This document shows positions 1 through 11,400 of a stretch of 64,000 bases of DNA, one piece after another (position 1 is the stretch's first letter; each line of letters starts with the position of its first letter). The notes beneath the pieces were generated by a model. It was not told where the DNA came from. It saw only the letters and a program-made list of their open reading frames with translations, and ran no database searches. A program made the translations under genes and the position numbers. The stretch spans positions 4,216,001 to 4,280,000 of the forward strand of contig OZ176052.1 in NCBI GenBank assembly GCA_964247055.1, read 5' to 3'. Origin of the DNA: Paragordius varius. Its lineage: Eukaryota > Animalia > Nematomorpha.

Positions 1-279
1 TATTTTTCTAAGTGTTGTAATACAGCATGCCTCAATATATTATCAAATACCCTAAAAAAATTAATTTTTTGAGAATACATTATCTTAAAAATAATTTCTA
101 AAGTAATAGAGCGGTAAAGAGGTACCCAACATTGAAAAAATTTAAACTAAATCTAATAAAAATTGCAAAAAATTTACTTTATAATATTTAAACATTCAAA
201 TTTCGGCTGATAGACACACATCAATTAATTTAGTCACGTAACCTATTAATTTATTTTTATAATAAAATGAGAAAAAAAA

Positions 280-700
280 TCATCGCCTCAAACTTTTTAG
301 CGGCCATTTTTTTTAGATTTTCAAAACTTTATTACATTTTCCTTTTTATTAACGATAGCATTTAGGGTAGTTGTTATATCCCAAGCCTTAATCTTGTGAC
401 TATTGTTTTGAGAGTTGTTTTTGTTTAAAATTAAATATCAAACATTGTTCTCCTCTAATTAGATGAAAAAGCTAATATTGTTTACAGTTTTGTTACTTCT
501 AAAACACATCTGAACTAAAGAGCTGATTTCAATTAAAAATAAGGTATATGTTGGTGAAATATAGCATGAAAGCTTTTAATTAATTATCATGTAATCATTA
601 AGTACCTATTGTATCAGCGATTAAAAAAATTTAAAGACAAAAATGGAAGTTTGCGATGAAGTTTTTTTTACAATTTAACATTTTTTTAAAAATATTTTGC
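280..700. repeat. Degenerate dispersed repeat (family C), with forward and reverse pieces
   Basis: catcgcctcaaactttttagcggccattttt (~282) matches catctcaaactttgtcgccgccattttt (~3715) and catatcaaacttttttcccgcattttt (~55253). aaacattgttctc (~439) is the reverse complement of gagaacaatgttt (~55441). No termini found; boundaries approximate. Confidence 0.4.
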
Positions 701-979
701 GAATGCATGCGCCTTAAAAAATATTTTATATTGGGCCTAATACCTTAAATACTTTTTAAGATATTAAAAAAGCGCACCGAGATATAAATCTATCCTAAAG
801 GGTATTAAAGTGCTAATAGCTAATGAAACAGGTAAATGTATTATAAAAAATGCGTCTCTCATTATAAAGTTTTAAAGTGTTTTAGCAGCAAATTTTAATT
901 CGTAGAACTTATAATCAGCTGCTGGTTTATTTTAGACTATACGAGTTAGAGAACTGTGACAAAGGCCCATTTTATTTAA

Positions 980-1534
980 CACTTCGATTCAAATTGGGGT
1001 ATCTAAATACCCCAGACTAAAATTAAAGGATTTTATGAAAACTACTGAAGGAAACGGTCCCAATTTATATGTATGCTTCTATCCTAATCAAAATTATGTA
1101 AATATGCCAAAATTATAAAATTTTGTTTTGAAAAAAAAGTTCCATATCAAATTACTTCGACGCCATTTTTATGCAAAATATCGTCTTCATTTAATTTTAA
1201 GGGTAAAATTAAAGCTTATTTTTTATTTAAATTACATTTAACATTTATAGAATTAAAAAAAGCCGTTTATTTGGTATTATTTTTCAATTTTACCATTGAA
1301 CACATGTCACGTTGACTAAATTTTTACTTTTTGGTTTTAGCTTAAAATAAGTAATATCAAGTATTTTTGAATAAATTTTTTTTATATTCCCGTTTATTAA
1401 TGTTATATAAGAAGTTTTGTCAAGGTTTTGATCTCTTCCATATTTTTTAAAGAATTTAATTTTAAACATGCCTGGGGAATTTAACTACCCCAATTTGAAT
1501 CAAAGGACTAAAATCAATGTGTTGTATCCAAGTG
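980..1534 (+). mobile_element. piggyBac-like MITE (family A, copy 1)
   Basis: TTAA at 976-979 and 1535-1538; ends CACTT...AAGTG; subterminal inverted repeat (C/T)GATTCAAATTGGGGTA at both ends; five more copies in the window. Confidence 0.85.
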
Positions 1535-2208
1535 TTAATACAGGTGATGTTTGTTAATTAAATTTTAAACAAAAAATTTAAAAATATGTTACTTTAAGTT
1601 TTGGGGTAATATAATAATGGTCCAAACAAAATAACATGATAAAGTAATTATTTTATAGCCAAGAATAAGTCTTTTAATATCACATTTATTAAAAAATATT
1701 AATGATAAAACAGTTAAATTTAAATCTTTTAAAAAGTATGAATTTATGTGTAGCTAAAATTACTTTGTTAAAATTTTTGTTTTAGATATTAGCGTCAAAT
1801 TTATATATTTTCGCATATGAGCGCACCGGACTTTTCAGTTTAAAATAAGGTCCATGAAGCCATCTAAGGTACTCTCTGGCACTCATATATATTACAAATT
1901 TTCATAGCGCAATCTCGACATTTTTGCGTTTATAGAAGAACAAAAGTTTCAAACTTTCATATCCCACATCTTATATATAAATATTGATTTGCTTTCTATC
2001 TCAAATGGAGCATTTGCATTCATTTTTGTCTATGCGATGATTTTGTGATTTTTGTTTTGAGTAATTATTCAGTGAGCGCAAACATTTTAGCTGACTCGCA
2101 AGGCCCAAAACAAAAATACATATGTTTTTGCATTTCACATATCATGATATTTTTAGTAACTTGGAGAGTCACGCTCAGATTATATGATATAGGCCAAAAG
2201 CAATTTAA

Positions 2209-2748
2209 CAATTGAATGTAACACATTTATTTCAGTGCTTCGATTCGAATTGGGGTATTTGGATTCCCCGCTGTTTAAAATTAAATACTTCAAAAATTAT
2301 GCAATGAATTGAAACCAAGTTTACCCTTAAACATTAATAAGCCAAAATATTAAAAAATTCATTCAAAAATACTTGATATAACTTATTTTAAGAAAGTCCG
2401 AAAATAAAAATTTAGTCAAAATGTGATGTATGCATTAGCAAATTTAAATATAATACAAAATAAACCACTTTTTCTGTATCTATTATTAGATGAGATTTTA
2501 ATAAAAAAAACTTGCTTTAATTTTAGTTTGCAAATTAAATAAATCCGATTTAAAAATGATCTAAAATAAAAATGGCCTTGAGGGAGTTTGTGGAACTTAA
2601 AAACAAAATTTATTTATATATTTCGGCTCATATATATAATTTGTATTAGGATAAAAGCATAAAATTAAAACAATTTCTTTCAGTAGTTTTTTAAAACTAT
2701 TAATTTAACTATAGTCTGGGATATTTATACACCCCAATTCGAAAAGTG
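2209..2748 (-). mobile_element. piggyBac-like MITE (family A, copy 2, degenerate)
   Basis: TTAA at 2205-2208, then a diverged long-spacer end (caattgaatgtaacacatttatttcagtgcttcgattcgaattggggta). Other end is accccaattcgaaaagtg followed by ctaa. Body is the reverse complement of copy 1. Confidence 0.75.
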
Positions 2749-3559
2749 CTAAAATACAAGCCCTATAAAATTAGAATTCATAAAAATATTTTCTTTGTTA
2801 TGAGTATTATGATAAATAAACTTTAATCACTGATGTTATAAAAATTTTATAATAAATATATTTTTATAAATTACATCATAAGAATACAAATATAATATAT
2901 ATTAAATAAAATTAAAAAATATATTAGTATTTTCTTACAACCTAAATAATTGCACATAATTTGATTTTACGCATCGTGATATGGAAGGCAATGATGAAGC
3001 CATACAAAGTTTTAAGATGCGTGTTCAAGACATTATATCCCTAGAAGTCAACTAGACCCCCGACGCAACCAGACGGCTGTCACTGAACCACCATTGACTG
3101 GTGTATGGAAGGGCAGCAAGGGACGTCTTTTGTGGACAGTGGCGACGTGGGTCTGCTACACCCTTTTCTTGATACACCTTGATACACAAAGATCTTGATA
3201 ATAGGCCAAAAACAGTCATTACATATGTTTTACATAAATTGAGAGATCAAATGAGAGATTTAACTAAGCAATTCGATAAATCAGAAAATGACTTAAAAGC
3301 CCTGCAAAGTGTCAGACAGGTCATATTTAATATATTAATATAGATTGTTAGCAAAGTTTTAACACAATCGACGGATGATAAATGTTTGATACATAATTTT
3401 ATACTTAAGTTATTCTAAAAGCTACCAATAGACCCAGATATGTTGTTGGTTGTAGAAGTCATTTGGAAAAGTGCAAATTAAAAGCCGGAATCCTGATAAA
3501 ATATATATATTCTAATAGAAAAATGTATCAGGATTATTATAGTGTTTTTGGTTTTGGCC

Positions 3560-4570
3560 TTACGTGTTATCTAACATCATGACTTTTTGGGGTAGTTTTA
3601 TAGCGATTTAAAATTTGGTTATCTTAAAAAGTATTTGATGTATTAGGTTGAATGATTTTATGCTTTTATCCTTTTATGACCATAATAAATACAAAAAAAT
3701 TGTAAAACTCATCTCATCTCAAACTTTGTCGCCGCCATTTTTTTACTAGAATAAGATGCCAATAGATGTATTTAACACTTCGATTTAAATTGGGGTATCT
3801 AAATACCCCAGACTAAATTTAAATTAATATTTTTAAAAAACTACTGAAGGAAACGGTTCCAATTTAAATTTATGCTTCTATCCTGATAAATATTATATAA
3901 AAATGCCAAAATATCTTGATAAAATTTTTTTTTGAAAAAAAAGCTCCATCTCAAACAACTTCGACGCCATTTTTATTTTGCAAAATTTTTGCAAAATATC
4001 GTCTTTATTTAATTTTAAGGGTAAATCTAAAGCTAATTTTTTACATAAATTACATCTAACATTGATAGAAATAGAAAAAGCGGTTTAGTTTGTATAATTT
4101 TTCGATTTTACAATTTGACACATGTCACGTTGACGAAATTTTTACCTTTCGGTTTTAGCTTAAAATAAGTAATATCAAGTATTTTTGAATAAAATTTTTT
4201 ATATATTTCGGTTTATTAATGTTGGATAAGTGCAAAATTTTGCCATGGTTTTGATTCCTTCTATATTTTTTAAAGAATTTAATTTTAAGCAGGCCTGGGG
4301 TATCCAACCCCAATTTGTATCAAAGGACTAAAATGAGTGTGTTGTATCTAAGTGTTAAATAATTAACTTTAGTAAGCTTTCAGATTCCAGCAAAAACTAG
4401 ATATTTATTGATTTTAAAATCAACTGTTTTCAATTGTGTTATGAAGCTTTTCCGATTTAGTCTCTAGAAGTCCCAAAAATGTAAAATAAGCTTTTTATCT
4501 ACAAGGAACAATGTTTATGTAAATTTAAATATATATAACTTTCTAAACTGCTAAGTATCAAAAAAATTGA
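3560..4570 (+). repeat. Family C repeat interrupted by a family A MITE
   Basis: Sequence before 3772 and after 4358 continues colinearly with 55250-55480 (ccagcaaaaact.gatatt...aacaatgttt). Boundaries approximate. Confidence 0.5.
3776..4354 (+). mobile_element. piggyBac-like MITE (family A, copy 3)
   Basis: TTAA at 3772-3775 and 4355-4358; CACTTCGATTTAAATTGGGGTA left end; GTTGTATCTAAGTG right end; colinear with copy 1. Confidence 0.88.
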
Positions 4571-5224
4571 GCTCGATATAAAATTACCCCAATATGTCAT
4601 CGCGGAAGTGAAAACATAAGTGTTAAAATTTACACTTTGTGGTAAGTGCACCATATCAGAAAATGACAGAGTTTGTGCACATTTAAATAAATCTTTTTAT
4701 GAGTTATATGCTCCATTCCAAAAAATATCCCTAATATGTTTTTTTAACCAGGTATATAAAAAAACAATATTTTTAATTAAATCATTTTTTAGATTAAATT
4801 GCCCTTTCAAAATGGGATGATTGTTTTGAAATAAACGCAAAAATGCCGGGATCGTGCGCATATTTTACATATATGCTCAATTAAAAATATTTTAATTTTT
4901 TTTTAATTTCAAAATTTTGTTAAAGCGTACTTCATACTATTTTGAGGTATCTTTTACCTTATACTTTTTTTGATATTTTTGATTTTTTACGTCCACAGGC
5001 TATTTAATATATATCTTATTAAAATATTTTCAGAAACCTAACTAAGCAAATACATCGACTTTAATCTTTTCTTATAGCTGTTTATTAATAGGGTTTTAGA
5101 TCTATCTCTATTTTGAATTCTTGAACTTAAAACAAAAAAATTTAATTATTTAATCTAATAACACAAAATATATGTATTAAATTTAAAGTTTGCAAACATA
5201 TCTAGCATCATCGAATACACAACT

Positions 5225-7396
5225 TTTTCTGGAATCGATTTTTAAATATTTTCTGATTCCTTATAGTATAGTGATCAGATTTGCGTTAAAAAATTTTTTA
5301 CTTACCCAGCTCGTTTTGGACATTTCCAAAATTTTCTTGTTTATAAATATTTTTCGCTATGTAAACAAATAATATGTGGCTTACATAAGTATTTTTACAA
5401 GAAATTACCAATTTCAAAATAAAAAAAATTTACTCAAAATATCCAATACTTTTTGTTTTAGGGGGCAAAAACTCTCAAAAATTGGGTAACTTAACATTTT
5501 TTACACAAATATTTTTTATCAATTTATTAAATCAAAACAAACTTTATTATATGTTTTTGGATGTTAATAATGTTTGTTTAAGTATAAATATCACTTTGTA
5601 ATAGCTTTGTGGACTTATATAAATTTAATTTTTACAGCTTTTTTGTTATTTTTTTATGTAAAAAATGATTTAATTTAATCAGCTGTAAATACTAATTTCA
5701 TTTTTTCATCTGAAATTTTTAAATTTTTACCATATATGATGTCAGATATGTTGATTCGTTAGCTTCATTTTTAAATATGTTAAAAAATATGAAATGGACA
5801 GTAATGATTCTTATATAAATTTGTGATTGAATTCTGAATCGGAAAAATCGTCTGCCTTTTGGATAAGAGAAGAACACACCTGGACGATTGAGCAGAGAAA
5901 ATTGGATATGCCATATCTTATCAAAAACGTTTAAATAAAATATAATACCATTAATAAATGATTTCATCATAATATATTGAACTATATGCAAATCCTAATT
6001 ATAATCAGTTATTAGAGTGAATATTTAGAATATATTTTGGTGTACAGATGTTAAGACACGGATAATCTAATCTGGACTTTAAATAAAGTAAATTAGGTGT
6101 AGAAAAAATAAAATAATAATTTATTTATTCGTATATATATAATCGCAAATTAAATTTATATTGTTTCGATAGGTTTTTTCGAAGGGTTTTCTAAAAATAC
6201 CGTTTTGAGAGATGCATTTTTTTGATTAGGGATATCACCTCAGTGCCACTTAATTTATTAGTGTACTTTATATCTTGATGATAAAATTCCAAATCAGTAT
6301 CATCTATCATATCAAATAAATCGATATGAATGGTTGGTTATGAAGGTACGGGAAGGTCAATGGAATGATCAACAGGACGAATTGCACAGGAAAAGTTTGG
6401 ATATTTGATAGGTTTTTTGTTTTTTTTGGTAATGTTAATAAGAAATGGTTTTGGAACTGGACAAAAGTAACATTCAGAATGAGATTTTGGCTCTCGACAT
6501 ATCATAGGGATACCCCAAGGGAGTCCAGGCCCAGTTTTGTGGTACCATGCTCCTAAACTAATGCTACATGTCCGAGATACGGTGTTCGGGGCCCAAATCT
6601 AGATTCCCCATAATATAAAAAAATAGTTTTTTATGTAAGTGGTAATGTTTATACTATTAGATTTTTTATGTATTGTCCACATATATGGCAAACAATATTT
6701 TTATCCATCCTAAAATTATAAATATATATATACTTGGGTATTAATTATATTTTTTGTACATTTTGGGTATAAAATAATATTTCTTGATGAAAAAACTGAT
6801 ATGGAGTATATTTAAGTGTGGGAAATATTTAAAAATATCATATGAAATAAAGAATATATTATGTGCAGCTGAGTAAAATTTAGCTTTTTTTACATAAAAA
6901 AAACAGCAAAAAAGATGTAAAAATTAAATTTATTTTTTAAAATAAAAATCCACACAGCTATTACAAAGTGATATTTATACTTAAACAAACATCATTAACA
7001 TCCAAGAACATATAATAAAGTTTGTTTTGATTTAATAAATTGATAAAAAATATTTGTGTGAAAAAATGTTAAGTTACCCAATTTTTGAGGGTTTTGCCCC
7101 CTAAAACAAAATGTATTGGATATTTTAAGTAAATTTTTTTTTATTTTGAAGATAAATTGGTAATTTTTTGTAAAAATACTTATGTAAGCCACATATTATT
7201 TGTTTACATAACGAAAAATATTTACAAACAAGAAAATTTTGGATATGTCCAAATATGGAAAAAGTCCCATATCTCGAAAACGAGCTGGGTAAGTAAAAAA
7301 ATTTTTTACGCAATTCTGATCACAATACTATAAGGAATCAGAAAATATTTAGAAAATCGAGTCCAGAAAATTGACCCCATATTTTGTTGCACAGTG
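5225..7396 (-). mobile_element. Internally deleted Chapaev3-like (CMC superfamily) DNA transposon with ~500-bp inverted arms
   Basis: 5227-~5715 is the reverse complement of ~6785-7372. The intact end reads CACTGTGCAAC on the - strand, flanked by TAA (7397-7399); the other extreme tip is lost. The - strand at ~6600-6340 encodes IWAPNTVSRTC..W...G.PWGIPMICREPKSHSECYFC...KPIKYPNFSCAIRPVDHSIDLPVP, followed by FYHQDIK. These motifs match, from memory, the WREP..H..CYFC / YP..SAIRPV.H / FHQDIK transposase family. Confidence 0.7.
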
Positions 7397-7752
7397 TAAT
7401 TATATTTTATATTATTTAAAATTTATAATGTTTATCAACTTAATATTGTTATAAAATAGGCTTCAACAAATTCTAATAACTATGTATGTTTTTCAAATCT
7501 TTGTTGATGTCAAGGCATGTTTAAGGAATGACGCATTTGACATGTAAATTTTATTTAAAAAAATATACGAAAATTTTATAATTTATTATCACTGTTAAGG
7601 CCCAAAATCAAAAGCATCATGTGAATATTGCTACAGATTCTATAAGAGTATATATTTCATAATTTCGTGTATGTCTGGTTTCATTGCTTTTCTACGGTAG
7701 AATATGTTATTTTAACAATATTTTCTGGCTACCTCTAAATGTATTATTTTAA

Positions 7753-8305
7753 CACTTGGATACAGATTCAAATTGGTTTAGTTAAATACCCCAGGCATGT
7801 TTAAAATTAATTTCATTTAAAAATATGGAAGGAATCGAAACCATGAAAAAATTTTGCACTATATCCATTAGTAAACCAGATTATATAAAATTTCATTCAA
7901 AAATACTTGATATTACTTATTTTAAGATAAAACCGAAAGGTAAAAATTTAGTCAACGCGACCTGTGTGCAACGGTAAAATTGAAAAATAATACAAAATAT
8001 ACCGCTCTTTCTATTTCTAACAATTCTGAAGTAATTTATATAAAAAATTAGCTTTAATTTTACCCTTAAAATTAAATGAAGACGATATTTCGCAAAAATT
8101 TTGTAAAATAAAAATGGCGTCGAAGTAGTTTGACATGGAACTTTTTTTAATAACAAAATTTTACTTAGAAATATTGGCATATTTATATAATTTTTATTAG
8201 GATAGAAGCATAAATTAAAAATTGGGACGGTTTCACTCAGTAGTTTAAAAATCTTAATTCAAATTTAGTCTGGGGTATTTAGATACCCCAATTCGAATCA
8301 AGGTG
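7753..8305 (-). mobile_element. piggyBac-like MITE (family A, copy 4, spacer deleted)
   Basis: TTAA at 7749-7752 and 8306-8309; body is the reverse complement of copy 1; the long-spacer end is shortened to cacttggatacagattcaaattgg. Confidence 0.85.
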
Positions 8306-8460
8306 TTAACATAGCGCGCTTAATATGCGATTTTTTATCTAGAATTAGCAAAAAGCGGAAATGTTTTTTATTTAGCATGTATAAAAAATCAAAAGCATTA
8401 AGAGAATTCTGATCCTTTTTTTAAGTATAAAATTTTTTATATTTTTTTATGCACTGTGTA

Positions 8461-11400
8461 ATGAATGCACCACTAAAGTAAACCTTTCAATAAATTTTAA
8501 AGGTATACCTGGTTTCAAACCAATCAATTTGTCGTGGTGGATGTATTATGTAAAGTCACAGATATTGATAATTTTAATTGTCAAATAACTCCAGAAAAAG
8601 TTTATTTGAAAATATATTTTTAGCTGCTCATAAGTATCCCAAATTATAGACCGCTTCAATTGCATTTATATGACCTGGTGGATAACACTCATTCTTCCTA
8701 TAAAATATTATCCTCAAAAGTATATTATTAATTTTATTTTGGGTTGAAGTAAAATTAATAAAACAAAATCAATCGCCAGTATTATGGCCTACGCTTGAAA
8801 AGAATACAAATGCTTTACCAACACCCGACATAAGTATTTTTTTATATTAAATATAGCGAATATATATCCTACATCAACGTCCAAAGGGCCTAAAAATTGG
8901 AATTTAATCGAAAAAGAAATCGAAGAGGTTCGCATATTTATATACTTAATCATGTTATGACCAAATTGGTCATGATTATGTAAGATATTTTAATAATTCC
9001 ATATTTACTCATAATGTATTCCAATTTTATGGTTAAAGTTTCAACAAGATGCATCCCTTACCTAACTTTTAAAATATTATTTAGTATAGTCACAACAAAT
9101 AATTATTGACCAATATGATTTTATATAGTTTCTCATTTTAGTATCGAAATATAAACTAGCAGATTTAAATATTTAAAATTATTAAAAGTTACTACTTAGC
9201 TTTCGGGGTAATAAACTGAACAGAATAAAAGAAAATATCGCAAACTTATGTTAACTTTCAAATATAAAAGATTTTCAAATTAAAAAATCTAATTTATCCC
9301 ATTTTATTTTTCTGCATGTTATAAACCATAAAATTAATTATTCCATTAATATATAGCATGGACTTAAAATAAGAAAAAAAACAATATTTTTAAAACTACT
9401 ATTGATTTATATTATAATGTTCGGTTTTAAAATTTCAATAAACAAAACATTATAACTGATTGCTAAAAATTACTTTTTACAGTGTTTAACTGCTCCAAAC
9501 GCAAAATTATTCATTTTTAAAATTGTAAGCTTCTCTATTTTATATATAACATACACTATATTTTAGCCAAATGTCGAAAAAAATATTTATAGTGCTCTCG
9601 TTCAAGCTTCTTAGCCTATTTTTAGCAACAAATGTTACACACTTTCGCGGTTTCGTAAAAATTTTGCCCAAAAAATTTGAGTACCGGTTCAACTTTTTCG
9701 GTGAAATAATATTTGGTTTTGTTTTTTTTTAAAGTTAAGTTAAACTAGATACTACAATGTTATACAATGTTACATATTTATTGCAATTTTTTGATGCTAC
9801 GATATAGATTCATAGATTCTAATGTTAAAAAAACAAATATTTTATTGTAAAGAAAATCATATTTAGAATATTGGTTCTCTTTATTAAAAAAAGTACTGAA
9901 GCTGTTTTTCAGTTAACAATTAAAAAGAACTAGTATCTTGGTTGTCATCATAAATTTAGTTTTGATAAGGTGAATATCTTTTCTACAGTGGACGCCCTTC
10001 CCTCCTTACGATCATTTTTTTGAAAATAAGCAGCGCCTTTAAAAATATTAGCACATCCTGATTATATTCACACAAACTCAAGTTTTGCAATCGTATAATG
10101 TTAAAAACACCTTCCTTCAATTTTTGAACCAAAATTAATAATGAATTTTTTCATCATTCACAATATCTATTTAATATTTTTTAAACTTGCCTGATCAGAT
10201 GTATATGCCTCGCGATGAGCAATTAATTACAACCTCTAAATACATATTATGTGATCCATATTATGATAATGCTACTACACTTATAAAAACAAATATAAAT
10301 AATATTAATAATTCAAAAACAATTAATAAACCAGGTACGAATCAACATTTGAAATAAAAATTAGATTCAAGAATCTAAATAAAAACTTCAAATTTATATC
10401 GTAACCATTCAAAATTGGGTCTTGGAATGTTGAAACAATCGTAAATAAGCAATGAATGGCTATAGATACGGTAAACTTATGCAGCTGTTGACAAGAAACG
10501 ATATAAAAATGTAGGTATGAAAAAGTATGATGGATATTCATTATTCTACCAAGCTGGGATCGTAATGATCAAAGAGACCCACTGACAGAACTTAATTAGC
10601 GTGGCACAACACAGCGATAGGATAATACCAGCTCGAATGGTGTTTAACAAGCGACCCTCAAACGTAAATGCACCCCAAACTTGTCCGATAAAGCAAGCTG
10701 GATTCTTGGGATCGCTCTAACAAATATGTTTTAATATACCCGAAACTGACTCTACGATGATTGGAGGATATCTAAACGCACGTGTTGGAATATACATGGA
10801 GGGGATACAACTTTGATAACCGGAACAAAAAAGGAAAAACAATTAGCCAATACTCTTTTCTTTCACCAACAGCAAAAATAAGCTGATTACATAATAATAA
10901 TAATAATACAACAATAGACTACATCCTAACTACAACATATCCAAAAATATCTGGTAAAATACAACCACTTATCATTCGGAAACACAGCATAAATTTTTAA
11001 CATTAACTTTATTCGATTCAATGCCTTTCAATAATAATAATAATACCTAACCTTGACTATAACACAAGCTTAAAAATCATTAGATAATAAAATATTTCCA
11101 AAATCCGCTTAATTTAACTGTGAAGACTCCTGGCAGTTTTAGCAGCAATGCGATCGAAAGTTTAGAAAACAGCGTGGTAAAAGAAACAGTAAATTCCAAA
11201 AGAAATGGTGGTGGGACGATGCAATTATGCCATTACTTGAAGAAAAGGCGCGTTTGTATAAAAATGGAAGATCGAAAAGAGAATGCTACAAAGTTGAATG
11301 TAACAAATACAACAAAATGGTATTTAAGAAAATAATGATAAGGCTAAAGATACTGCCGATAAATTGGAATAGGAAATCCAAAATTATACAATTTTCAAAC

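Noticed and set aside
2970-3190. GC-richer island ending in cttgatacac x2, possibly a LINE 3' end
   Set aside because: No convincing motif in any frame; left unassigned.
4620-8180. Short F/K/I-rich ORFs at 4620, 5190, 5719, 6365, 6995, 7125 and 7917
   Set aside because: They fall in MITEs or the Chapaev3-like element and have low-complexity AT-driven composition. The real coding relic is in a different frame on the - strand.
8600-8623. Stop-codon reassignment or readthrough to explain in-frame TAG/TAA in otherwise continuous ORFs
   Set aside because: Each such stop lies in a GT...AG segment whose removal restores the conserved alignment. Neighbouring 23- and 25-nt segments frameshift and must be introns, and genes end normally in TAA or TGA.
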